A stretch of DNA of 64,000 nucleotides from Candidatus Poseidoniales archaeon. Its GTDB lineage: Archaea; Thermoplasmatota; Poseidoniia; Poseidoniales; Poseidoniaceae. Location: positions 4,379-68,378 of the forward strand of contig JAYOBT010000003.1 of the NCBI GenBank assembly GCA_038105035.1. The letters run 5' to 3'. The translations under genes were made by a program, and so were the position numbers. The notes beneath the pieces are model-generated. The model worked only from the letters and a program-made list of their open reading frames with translations, had not been told where the DNA came from and ran no database searches. Each line of letters starts with the position of its first letter. Within the stretch, counting starts at the first letter, position 1. Positions 29,171 to 39,100 of the stretch are shown here, in pieces.

Positions 29171-30658
29171 TTATTGCAAATCCCAAACAGGGCCGTCTGC
29201 GGTATCGGTAACTACGACACCAAGGGCGTTGAGTTGATCTCGGATTTCATCTGCGCGAGGCCAATCCTTGTTGGCACGTGCAGTGCTACGTTCACTCAAC
29301 AAGGCTTCGACTTGGTCCGCAATTTCTGCTTTTCGAGGGTCTTCAACCGGTTCTGCAAGAAGGACATCGGGTGAGGGGAGAATACCGAGAATGTTCCCTG
29401 CTGTTTCTTCCAGCCATTCCTTCGCATAGGTTCCAATAGCACGCTTGTCTTCCTCGTCTGTACCTAAGGTCATGAAATATTGGAGTTGCTTGGTTGCTGC
29501 AAGCACTTTCGCAACACCTTCTCGGCTGTTGAAATCATCATCCATGGCTTGTGCAAAGCCTTCAGCAAGACGCTCCAACAAGCCAAGCGATTTCGCTAAC
29601 GGATCTGGACTTGCCATGTCTGGTTCAGGGAGTTGATGCTGCCTGCCACTCGATGACATCCGCAATGCCTTCTCATACACCTGAACAATTCGATCATGAT
29701 TTCGCTGAGCGTCGCTTAGTAGCTGTTCGTTCATATCGATTGGAGAGCGGTAATGCGCATTGACAAGAGCAAGTCGTAAGACGAGTGGATCAACCTTCTG
29801 AATGATGTCACGGATGGTCCAGAAGTTACCGAGCGATTTGCTCATCTTTTCACCATCAATGTTGACGAATCCATTGTGCAACCAATAACCCGCAAGAGGT
29901 GCATGGCCAGTATGGCATTCACTTTGGAAGATCTCGGCCTCATGGTGAGGGAATCGTAGGTCATGCCCCCCTCCATGGATATCAAACGAAGTCCCGAAGT
30001 GGTCAAGGCTCATCGCACTGCATTCAATGTGCCATCCAGGACGCCCTTCACCCCATGGAGAAGGCCATGTTGGTTCGTCTGGTTTTGCCTGTTTCCACAA
30101 TGCGAAATCCTTGTGATCACGCTTTCCGCCACCCGTTTTCTCGACACGACCACCAGCACCTTGCCGCACGGCATCGATGGATTGTCCAGTCAACTGGCCA
30201 TATTTTTCTGGTGCTGATTCGACGTGAAAGTATACGCCGTCATCAGCGATGTAGGCGTGACCTTTCTCGATGAGATCCTCAATAATGTGAATCATTGATT
30301 CGACGTATTCCGTACATCTTGGATAGTGATCAGCTCGAAGAATGTTCAGAGCGTCCATGTCCTCGTAATAGGTCTCGATGTTTCGGTCGACGATCGCCTT
30401 CCAATCCTCACCAGATTCGATTGAACGCTTGATGATTTTATCATCGATATCGGTAAAATTTTGCACATAGTCGACGTCGTATCCAGAGGCCTCAAGCCAT
30501 CGGTGAATGAGATCAAAGGCGATGTAACATCGTGCATGCCCAAGGTGACAATTGTCGTACACCGTCACGCCACAGACATACATCGTGACTCTTCCCGGCG
30601 ATTGAGTCGTGAAATCAACCTTCTCTCGCCGGCGCGTGTCGTGCACTCGTAATGGCAT
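29171..30658 (-). CDS. cysS: Cysteinyl-tRNA synthetase.
   Basis: MYVCGVTVYDNCHLGHARCY (HIGH-type). KMSKSLGN. Zinc-binding Cys residues. The track start is TTG at 30670. ATG at 30658 gives MPLRVHDT, the canonical N-terminus. Confidence 0.95.
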   Translation of the reverse strand: MPLRVHDTRRREKVDFTTQSPGRVTMYVCGVTVYDNCHLGHARCYIAFDLIHRWLEASGYDVDYVQNFTDIDDKIIKRSIESGEDWKAIVDRNIETYYEDMDALNILRADHYPRCTEYVESMIHIIEDLIEKGHAYIADDGVYFHVESAPEKYGQLTGQSIDAVRQGAGGRVEKTGGGKRDHKDFALWKQAKPDEPTWPSPWGEGRPGWHIECSAMSLDHFGTSFDIHGGGHDLRFPHHEAEIFQSECHTGHAPLAGYWLHNGFVNIDGEKMSKSLGNFWTIRDIIQKVDPLVLRLALVNAHYRSPIDMNEQLLSDAQRNHDRIVQVYEKALRMSSSGRQHQLPEPDMASPDPLAKSLGLLERLAEGFAQAMDDDFNSREGVAKVLAATKQLQYFMTLGTDEEDKRAIGTYAKEWLEETAGNILGILPSPDVLLAEPVEDPRKAEIADQVEALLSERSTARANKDWPRADEIRDQLNALGVVVTDTADGPVWDLQ

Positions 30659-30732
30659 GTGAACATGCAACCGGTTGCGCCCCTCTCACTTGAAGATTGA
30701 TACGTGGAGGCGTCGAGGAGATACAGAAGACG

Positions 30733-31467
30733 ATGCTGGATTTAACTCGGAAAGAGGGAATCAGGATTGGTTCCTATGTTCTTCGTGACCCGCAATTGGT
30801 CAAGTTAGCATGGTTGGTCCCATTGTGCTCAATTCTCGCAGCCGTCGGCATTCACGTTGCGCTTGGTAACACACGTGATGTTCCTTTCTTCATTTCAGAA
30901 GCGGACTACCCTGGACTTGAGCGGTTCGTGTTTACCAGCGGATTGTTAGCATCAGCCGTGTTTCATTTCTTTCTAACACTTCGACTGTATGCTCTGTTTA
31001 AGAAAAAAGCACGTAGGAGGATATTGCTAACGGCAACAATACTTGGCATTGCGAGTTCGACCCACCTTGCGGTCCTATCGTTCGCCAACATGTACGACCA
31101 CCTCTCCCTTCACGTCTACACCTCATTGGTGGTTTTTCATGGAGGGTTCACGTGGGCTATTCTCGCTCACTTCTCATTACCAGTTCCAAATAGGACTGGA
31201 AGATTGATTCGATTGGTTTCCCTATTCATGGCGTTTGTTTCTCTGACAACGATGACCATCGCCATGAGCAGAGGTATTGAACATCAAAGGCGTACACTTG
31301 ACATCCAGCCAGAAATGATTCCATTGGACGACCTTCAGCCCTGGATTGATGTGGCAGCTCCTGCAGAATTCATTCTTTTCTTTTCACTACTCGGATGCCT
31401 CGCCTCGTTTTCATGGGACATCATCGAGCACGCCGACCAAAACGAGGATTCGACGATCGAGGCTTGA
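30733..31467 (+). CDS. Hypothetical polytopic membrane protein (about 6 TM helices).
   Basis: Alternating hydrophobic segments: LAWLVPLCSILAAVGIHVAL, FTSGLLASAVFHFFLTL, ILLTATILGIASSTHLAVLSF, LVVFHGGFTWAILAHF, LVSLFMAFVSLTTMTIAM, FILFFSLLGCLASF. No recognised motif. The track start at 30697 is TTG. Confidence 0.45.
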   Translation: MLDLTRKEGIRIGSYVLRDPQLVKLAWLVPLCSILAAVGIHVALGNTRDVPFFISEADYPGLERFVFTSGLLASAVFHFFLTLRLYALFKKKARRRILLTATILGIASSTHLAVLSFANMYDHLSLHVYTSLVVFHGGFTWAILAHFSLPVPNRTGRLIRLVSLFMAFVSLTTMTIAMSRGIEHQRRTLDIQPEMIPLDDLQPWIDVAAPAEFILFFSLLGCLASFSWDIIEHADQNEDSTIEA

Positions 31468-32352
31468 CAGAGCAACGGTCTGGGGGACAATCCCCTTCCT
31501 ACCGCTCGTTTTCCATACTTTGACGACCATTTCACGATGGGAAAGAAGATGACGGACTGTGCCGATGTATTCACATCCTGTTGTCTCCAAACCCGTAGCC
31601 ATCTCTGGGCCCCAAAGGCCTGCAAACAATCCTGTTTGTGGACGTTGATGCAATTCAGGATGCCCTTTCTCATCGATTCGAACAATACAGTCATACTCGA
31701 TGATTGTTTTTTTCGTCTTCTTTGGACGGGGCAATTCATGCGCACGAGAACGTCCTTGACAGGTTTCTGAAATTGGGCATTGTTCGCAGATCGGATTGCG
31801 TGGCTTACACACAAGAGCACCCAATTCCATCATCGCCTGATTCCAATCACCTGGAGCATCAATGAAGAGATGCTTGTCTGCAAATCGTTGCACATCCTTC
31901 AACGATGGCTCCTCTTGATTGGATTGACGAGCCATCACCCGACGAATGTTTCCGTCAACGCACGCAACGGGTTCCGAGAACGCAATAGAAGCAACAGCAG
32001 CGGCTGTATATGGTCCAATACCAGGGAGTTTCACTAATTCTTCGTATGTATTAGGAAGCACCCCCCCATGCAATTCGACAACTTCGATTGACAATGCATG
32101 CAAACGGCGTGCTCTTGAGTAATATCCAGCACCTTGCCAAAGAAGAAGCACATCGTCAACACTCGATTTAGCCATTGAGGGAAGGGTTGGAAAGCGTTTC
32201 AAAAGACGTTCATGATACTCTATACCACGTTCCATCTGAGTTTGCTGAAGCAGAATCTCAGAGAGGAGAATCGACCATGGTGAAGGCTCCAACCGCCATG
32301 GAAGCGGGCGCTTGTTGCGCCTATACCAAGCAAGCAAGGCCTCTTGATTCAT
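31411..32352 (-). CDS. mutY: A/G-specific adenine DNA glycosylase MutY (HhH-GPD plus [4Fe-4S] plus C-terminal NUDIX-like domain).
   Basis: HhH-GPD region VKLPGIGPYTAAAV. [4Fe-4S] ligands C-x6-C-x2-C-x5-C in CKPRNPICEQCPISETCQ. C-terminal MutT-like domain. Confidence 0.88.
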   Translation of the reverse strand: MNQEALLAWYRRNKRPLPWRLEPSPWSILLSEILLQQTQMERGIEYHERLLKRFPTLPSMAKSSVDDVLLLWQGAGYYSRARRLHALSIEVVELHGGVLPNTYEELVKLPGIGPYTAAAVASIAFSEPVACVDGNIRRVMARQSNQEEPSLKDVQRFADKHLFIDAPGDWNQAMMELGALVCKPRNPICEQCPISETCQGRSRAHELPRPKKTKKTIIEYDCIVRIDEKGHPELHQRPQTGLFAGLWGPEMATGLETTGCEYIGTVRHLLSHREMVVKVWKTSGRKGIVPQTVALSSLDRRILVLVGVLDDVP

Positions 32353-32369
32353 CTGAAATCATCGCTCGA

Positions 32370-34397
32370 TCAAGCCGCTTTGGCTTCTTCGATCTTGGCA
32401 TCGTTGGCTTTGATTTGTTCCCATACCAATTCTGCAATATCCTTGACGTCCATTTCCGCATCAATGGCAGACAAACCGTCTGTTACCATGGTGGAGCAGA
32501 ACGGACAGCCGACAGCGACGGTATCGGCACCCGTTGAGGCCAATTCCTTGGCCCTGATGATGTTCACTCGATCGTTGCCTTCAGGAACGTGTTCCTCCAT
32601 CCACATTTGGGCGCCGCCAGCACCGCAACAGAAGGAGCCTCGACCACTGCGTTCGGTTTCGATATCAACACCACCAATAGCGTCACGAGGAGCATCGTAT
32701 TCTCCACCGATGCGACCGAGGTAACATGGGTCATGGTAGGTGACGGAACCGTCGTGCTTTGGTTGAGGGAGTTTACCTTCGTTTTGCAAGTGCGAGATCA
32801 ACTGAGAGTGGTGCATAACTTCGATGTCTTCGCCTCCGTAGTCTTTGTATTCCTTACCCAATGTGTGGAAACAGTGTGGACAGGATGCAACGACCTTCTT
32901 GACACCTAATTCGTTGAATGTCTCCAAGTTGGTCTCAGCGAGCATTTGGAACAGATATTCGTTTCCGGCTCGACGTGCTGCATCACCGCTGCATCCTTCC
33001 TGCATGCCGAGAATACCAACATCAAGGCCTGCTTCTTTCATGATGGAGATGGTGTCCCGAGCAACCTTCTTGTTTCGCTCATCGAACGACGCTGCACATC
33101 CTGCGAAGTAGATGTATTCGGCAGGTTCAGCAACCTTCACATCGAGGTCAGCAGCCCAATCACCACGCTCGTGGGATGGCAATCCATACGGGTTTGAATC
33201 CGATTCGAGATTCTCAATGGTCGCCATCAATGGCATAATGGTGTCTTCAACCGATTCATCGAATTCCATTCGCTCCATCATCAGATGTCGGCGAGCATCG
33301 GTCAACTTGGGCACGTGCTCGATATTGACAGGGCAAACATCAACACACGCATGGCAAGTTGTGCAGGCCCAGATGGATTCCTCTCCAAATCGTGCGATGA
33401 TGTCTTCCTCAGGCGTTTCACCAGCAAACAATTGGGACGCATGATCGTTCGCATAATGACGAACATCGTGAACAATCTGCATTGGATTAAGCGCTTTTCC
33501 ACTCGCATAGGCAGGACAGACGTCTTGACAGCGAGCGCAGGAAGTGCATGCCCAACCATCGATGAGACTTCTCCAGGTCAACTGAGTGTAATTTGCTGCA
33601 CCGAAGGATTCCAAATCAAGTTCTTCCAAGGAAACAGCAGAGCCACTTTCATCGGTTGCAAGTGGACGCATCTTTGCCATTGGCTCCGTATCGTAGAATG
33701 CAACATTTGGAAGTGCCATGACCAAGTGCATGTGCTTCGAAAGAGGAATCAGGAACAAGAAGGTACAGATAGCGACCATGTGCGCCCAATAAGCTGCATT
33801 GATGGTTGTCTGGGATGGTGCAAACGTATCCGCAACCCAAGCACCAATCATTTCCCATGTTGGATGTGGATTTTCACCTGCTTCGACGACGTAGGATGTT
33901 GTGCAGATGGTCATAATGAGAAGCAGAATGACATTGCCTTCAAGTTGAGACTTCCCTTTGAGTTTCTCGGGTGTGAACAACACACGTCGGTTGAGTGCGA
34001 GGAAACAACCGATCAATGCGCTCGTGTAACCAAGTTCAACCATGCCGTTCCATATCCCGTTTAATGCGTCGGGAAGAATGTGTTCGCTGAATCGATTGGC
34101 CGTAGCCAAGTCCAGCATGTCCGATGAGAGCATGAGGAAGCCCCAAAACATCAGAACGTGCATGGTTCCTGCCACTTTGTCTTCCAGAACTTTTCGCTGA
34201 CCGAGCCACACTGTCAGCGTCTCTTTGAGTCGCTTCCCCCACGAATCGAATCGCTTGTCGGGAGCGCCAAGGAGAACAAGACGTGTCGCCTTTTGCACCT
34301 GATAGGCAAAGAAGGCGATTGAGATTCCACCCAAAACAAGAAGAAGGTAGTATCCCTTGATTCCCGCGTAGGTTACGTCGAGCGGATGTTCCATCAT
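32370..34397 (-). CDS. Membrane-bound Fe-S oxidoreductase. It fuses an N-terminal cytochrome-b-like (NarI/HdrE-type) membrane domain to an HdrD/GlpC-like domain with two [4Fe-4S] ferredoxin motifs and two CCG domains.
   Basis: About 230 aa with 5-6 TM helices. Then CTSCARCQDVCPAY and CTTCHACVDVCPV (CxxCxxCxxxCP). Then cysteine-rich CCG signatures CPHCFH... and FCCGAGGA. Confidence 0.72.
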   Translation of the reverse strand: MMEHPLDVTYAGIKGYYLLLVLGGISIAFFAYQVQKATRLVLLGAPDKRFDSWGKRLKETLTVWLGQRKVLEDKVAGTMHVLMFWGFLMLSSDMLDLATANRFSEHILPDALNGIWNGMVELGYTSALIGCFLALNRRVLFTPEKLKGKSQLEGNVILLLIMTICTTSYVVEAGENPHPTWEMIGAWVADTFAPSQTTINAAYWAHMVAICTFLFLIPLSKHMHLVMALPNVAFYDTEPMAKMRPLATDESGSAVSLEELDLESFGAANYTQLTWRSLIDGWACTSCARCQDVCPAYASGKALNPMQIVHDVRHYANDHASQLFAGETPEEDIIARFGEESIWACTTCHACVDVCPVNIEHVPKLTDARRHLMMERMEFDESVEDTIMPLMATIENLESDSNPYGLPSHERGDWAADLDVKVAEPAEYIYFAGCAASFDERNKKVARDTISIMKEAGLDVGILGMQEGCSGDAARRAGNEYLFQMLAETNLETFNELGVKKVVASCPHCFHTLGKEYKDYGGEDIEVMHHSQLISHLQNEGKLPQPKHDGSVTYHDPCYLGRIGGEYDAPRDAIGGVDIETERSGRGSFCCGAGGAQMWMEEHVPEGNDRVNIIRAKELASTGADTVAVGCPFCSTMVTDGLSAIDAEMDVKDIAELVWEQIKANDAKIEEAKAA

Positions 34398-34481
34398 GAT
34401 TCAACCCAAGCGCATTCAATCCTTCAACCCAACGATGGAATCAATACCAATCCTAATGGTTGAGATAGGTCTCCAGCGAAC

Positions 34482-35462
34482 ATGGTCAAGGCGAGTGCTC
34501 CCGGGAAGTGCATACTTTTCGGAGAACATGCGGTTGTCTACGGCCAACCAGCGTTAGCCTGCAGCATCAGTCAACGTATGATTATCGAACTCGAAGTGGA
34601 GGAGACATTCGACAAGTGGCGATTGGATGGGCGAACTTTCAACCCCAAGAAACACCCACACATCGATTTCCTTCGAAAGCAATTGCCACCGATCGAAGAT
34701 CAACCAGTTCACATTCGAATACGTGGTTCGATACCCAAAGCCTCCGGTCTTGGTTCCTCTGCTGCATTGTCAGTCGCTTTGTGTGGCGCACTGCAGCAAA
34801 TGCGTGGGGAAGAGGTTGACCCTTTGCAAGCGAGCGAACTGTCACACCGTGCTGAAGCTAGCGCACAAGGTGGACGGGCCAGCCCAATGGACACTGCAAC
34901 CAGTTCTTTTGGAGGATTTGTTGTCCTTTCAGATACTGTTGAAGACGGCCTCGAGTACATCGGTGTGCGAACCATGAACGTTGATGGAACAACGCTGCAA
35001 TGGCACCTGCATACTTTCAATGCCGTCATTCCAGACGACGTTGCTCTTGTCATAGGGAACACAGGCGTTCACGGTTCAACCTCGGCGATGGTAAAGCAGG
35101 TAGCTAGTTTGATCGGGAATAATCCAGGGCGGAGGGTTGAACTCGAAACCATCGGCGCCATTGCCAGAAGAGGTATTCAGGCCTTACGAGACGGTAACAT
35201 GCAAGCGGTTGGTCAAGCCATGACAGAGAATCACATGGTCTTACGTTCACTCGGCGTTTCTTCACCTGAACTCGAACGTTTGATTCGAGCAGCTGCACCT
35301 TCTAGCCTCGGCGTCAAACTCACAGGTGCAGGTGGAGGCGGTTGCATGATTGCTCTGACAACGAATCCTGAAGAAACAGTTGGTGCCATCGAAATGGAAG
35401 GCGGTCGAGCGTTTATCACGCGCTTTAATGAGCCAGGACTTGAAATTGAGCATTTAAGTTAG
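34482..35462 (+). CDS. mvk: Mevalonate kinase (GHMP kinase).
   Basis: N-terminal SAPGKCILFGEHAVVYG. GHMP motif IPKASGLGSSAALSVA. ATG at 34482. Confidence 0.88.
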   Translation: MVKASAPGKCILFGEHAVVYGQPALACSISQRMIIELEVEETFDKWRLDGRTFNPKKHPHIDFLRKQLPPIEDQPVHIRIRGSIPKASGLGSSAALSVALCGALQQMRGEEVDPLQASELSHRAEASAQGGRASPMDTATSSFGGFVVLSDTVEDGLEYIGVRTMNVDGTTLQWHLHTFNAVIPDDVALVIGNTGVHGSTSAMVKQVASLIGNNPGRRVELETIGAIARRGIQALRDGNMQAVGQAMTENHMVLRSLGVSSPELERLIRAAAPSSLGVKLTGAGGGGCMIALTTNPEETVGAIEMEGGRAFITRFNEPGLEIEHLS

Positions 35463-35506
35463 AAACCGATACTCATAGGTTTCCCCATCAGATGGCGGGC
35501 TCTTCC

Positions 35507-35514
35507 TTTATATA
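35507..35514 (+). promoter_or_regulatory. Archaeal TATA box (TTTATATA) driving a leaderless tbp transcript.
   Basis: The exact TTTATATA consensus at 35507-35514 ends 22 nt upstream of ATG 35537. This predicts a TSS at or 1-2 nt before the ATG. Confidence 0.6.
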
Positions 35515-35536
35515 TGCGGGGAGAAAGCCGCAACTC

Positions 35537-36151
35537 ATGACCACCGATGAAGAGCGCTTGACTGTTGTCAACGTCGTAGCAAGTACCCGCGTAGCCGAAG
35601 AACTCGATCTCCCTGACATCGCAATCCAACTCAATTGCGAGTACGAACCGGAACAATTCCCTGGTGTCGTTTACCGTGTCACGGACCCAAAACTCGCCAT
35701 TCTTATGTTCCGCTCAGGACGTGCAGTTTGCACTGGCGGAAAAGACGAGGACAATATTCACACAGGTATCGACCGAATGATCAAGGATTTGCGAGCTGCA
35801 GGAATCACAACATGGGACCTCAAAGATGTTGAAATCGAAGTCCAAAACATGGTTGCGACCTACGCACTTCACTACCCTGAAGACTACGATGGGAACGACA
35901 AGTTCACTGGTGCTCCACTTGCAGGAGAGCCACGTAAGTTGAACCTGAACAACCTCACCTTCCACTTGCCTTTCGACAAGGTCGAGTATGAGCCAGAACA
36001 ATTCCCTGGTCTTATCTATCGACTCGATTATCCTAAGGTTGTCTGTTTGATTTTCGGCAGCGGTAAAATGGTCATTACCGGTGCACGACACAAGGACGAA
36101 ATCTTGGAAGCAGTTGAAATCATCAAGGACGAACTTGCTGATCTCCTCTGA
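35537..36151 (+). CDS. tbp: TATA-box-binding protein.
   Basis: Two direct TBP repeats, each containing EYEPEQFPG (also a repeated 15-nt stretch gaacaattccctggt at the DNA level). Acidic C-terminal tail. The track start at 35492 would place the TATA box inside the CDS, so ATG 35537 was chosen. Confidence 0.93.
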   Translation: MTTDEERLTVVNVVASTRVAEELDLPDIAIQLNCEYEPEQFPGVVYRVTDPKLAILMFRSGRAVCTGGKDEDNIHTGIDRMIKDLRAAGITTWDLKDVEIEVQNMVATYALHYPEDYDGNDKFTGAPLAGEPRKLNLNNLTFHLPFDKVEYEPEQFPGLIYRLDYPKVVCLIFGSGKMVITGARHKDEILEAVEIIKDELADLL

Positions 36152-36196
36152 GGCCATCGTCGCACCTTTCATGTGCAAGAAGGTACAAGCGATAGC

Positions 36197-39100
36197 ATGG
36201 GCGGAGTGCTCAAGCCACGTGTCTTGACCTTGCTTGTACTTGGGCTGATGATTGGATTCAGTCAAATCCCATTGGTTGAACATCATATCGAACTTCCAGA
36301 TGATCAAGAAATCCAACGGAGTGGTTCAGATCCAGGTGTAACCGACCTACCCTCTTGGAGAGTTGGCGACAAGTGGATTTATTCTGGAACGTTTGACCCA
36401 TCCATTCTCATCACTGACACAGGCGTATCCGCAAACGTGGGTGAAATCCGTGGAGATGCAACTGCAGAAGTCATCGATATTCTGGAACTTCAATTCGATA
36501 ACGGAACCGAATGGGTCTACAAACTGCGGATGTCTGCTGATTTTGACAAAAGCGGTGTCGAACTTGAAGGGTTTACTGGGAACGCAGAGATTGAATTCAC
36601 ACAAACCGAATATTTGCGAGTGAGCGACTTTGCGACTGTGAAGAACGACCTTGATTTGTACATCAAATTCATTCCGTACGGTATCGGGTCACTGACACAA
36701 ATCCTCGGTGACATCACCATTACCAACGAATACAGCCCTGCTACAGAAGCCTACGATTTCCCACTTCGGTATGGTGAACGATGGACTTCATTGACGACTG
36801 CTTCATCGCAATGGTCTGGACAAAGCGATTACATAACGCCGTTTCCCCCTCCAGAAACAGATACCAACACAACGACATGGGAAGTTACGGATGTTGGACA
36901 ACCTCGGAACGCAATTGGAGCTGGAATCGCTTACAGTGGATGCGATGCATCCTATGAACTGACATCATGGAACTCCGACGGCGTCTCGACAGGTTACCGT
37001 TGGTATTGCCCGGCTGTCAACAATTACGCATGGCGACATGCAGAAGAGGACGTTGGTCTGACCATCGATTTCCGATTGAAACAATACATGCCAGTTGGAG
37101 CAACGGGGGTTGAAAGCAACAGCGACCCAGGTACTCGAGCAACATGTGTTGATGTCGCTCCTGAACGTTCCCTGACAGCGCTTGATTCCCCTCTCGAAGT
37201 ATGGGTCCATCTTAGCCCATCTTGCTATGGAACAATCGACGGAGTTGGTGTTGAGATAGCATACGATGGCACCTCAACCACCGTTAACACGGCTTCAAAC
37301 GGTTCTGCCAGCACGACCATTGACTCGGGCAGCAGCATTGACTATTCAGCAACGAATACGGATTGGTCCAGTCATGGCATCATGGCAAAATCTGGAAGTT
37401 ACGTCGGTGCAGCCACCATCACGCTCGACGAGTATCTTGTTGGGCTGGACTTGATTGCGGATGAGGAGAGAGCCGTCATTATCCGAAATAGGAGTGGCGT
37501 GGTCAGTACTGTGAGTTCCCTTTCGGGTTACAATGTACTCCCGGGTGATGATTTGACCATCGAGGTCGCTGTTGTCAACAAAGGCATCACGACTTCGGCA
37601 GCGACTGATTTACGCATCTATCATCCAGATGGTTCCATCTTTGATCTTGGACTACCACCGCTCTCTACATACGAATCGCATAAGGTGAATTTCACTTGGA
37701 CGGTTCCCGCCGATGCAGCGATTGGAACTTTACCGATTCGTTGGGAATCAGACCCACTACAAGTCAATTCAGCAGATGCGGACGCCGACAACGATCTTGG
37801 AGAAATTGAGTTGTTCATTGGACGCTTACCAACAGCAGTACTCGAACCCATCGAGATCTACACGAACGTCGAGACGATGATCAACGCCTCTGGTAGTTTC
37901 GATGAAGATGGTGGAAATGTTTCCTGCCTGTTCAACGTTCCTTGGTATGACGGTACTCGTACCGCTGCATGGACGAGGGTTGAATCAATCGACTGTATGC
38001 TGAACTGGACATGGACGAACGATGGAGAATACCCCATCGAGGTCACCATAACCGATGAAGAACAAGACCAAGTTGAAGCCATCCTTGATGTTGTTATCTT
38101 GAATCGAGCTCCGAACATCGAAGTCATAAGTGCCCGCAACGAGGTGAAGGTCGAATACCCCGTGACATTGTATGCTTATGCAAACGACACAGACTCCGAG
38201 GACCCATTCCCCGGAATTGTGGATGTGTATTGGCCAAATGCAATCTGTGAAGAGGGGTACTACACCCGTGTTTGCACAACAACCGCTCCAACCGAAGGAT
38301 GGCACACCTTCCAAGCCGTAGGTGTCGACGATGACAGTGCCATGACCATGGCAAGCATCGACATCCGATTTACCAACATCAACCCTCACGGGCTATCCGT
38401 CACCATGACCAATGCGAGTGGGCCTCTGCCTCTCGATGTTCAGCAAACCTGGCATGTTCAAGAAGATCAGGTCGTCAACCTTCGTGGACAAGCGCTCGAT
38501 TCTATCGATGATTTGGATGGCCTGACTCACCGCTGGTGGCCTGATGATGCACAGCCAAATCTCATCAAGACGTTCGATGGACGTGTCTCGGAATTTGAAA
38601 TGATGTGGGAAACATCTGGGCTGCACCGAATGCGACTCGAAGTCAGCGACTCGGAAGGAGCCAGCAGTGGTACGTACGAGCGATGGGTGAGCGTTGCAAA
38701 CGTTCCACCGGTCGTTCAACCATTGCAGGAAGTGCTCCCACTTGCGGAAGGGGAAGAAGTTCGCTTGGTCGGTAATGCAACCGATACAGCCTCCGATTAC
38801 GATACCTTGATTCGATGCTGGGACGTAGATCCTGGTCTCGATTCCAATGACATTGGAGGTGCTGATGATGACTGTGATGTGGTTGGTGATGAGCTGATTT
38901 GGCACTGGAATACGAGCGGAACACACACTGTCATCTATCACGTAACCGATGATGATGGAGTTCGTGTCAGTGAGATTCTCTCTATCGATGTCCTCAACAT
39001 TCCACCCATCGTTCGGACAAAGGACATCGTTTGCAACGCACTCGAATCCTGTCTCCTCGATGCTACTGGAACGATTGACTCGATGAATGACCTCGACCAA

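Noticed and set aside
35492-35536. Upstream in-frame ATG (track start) for tbp.
   Set aside because: The consensus TATA box TTTATATA (35507-35514) would fall inside that extension. Archaeal TBPs begin near the first repeat, so ATG 35537 was chosen.
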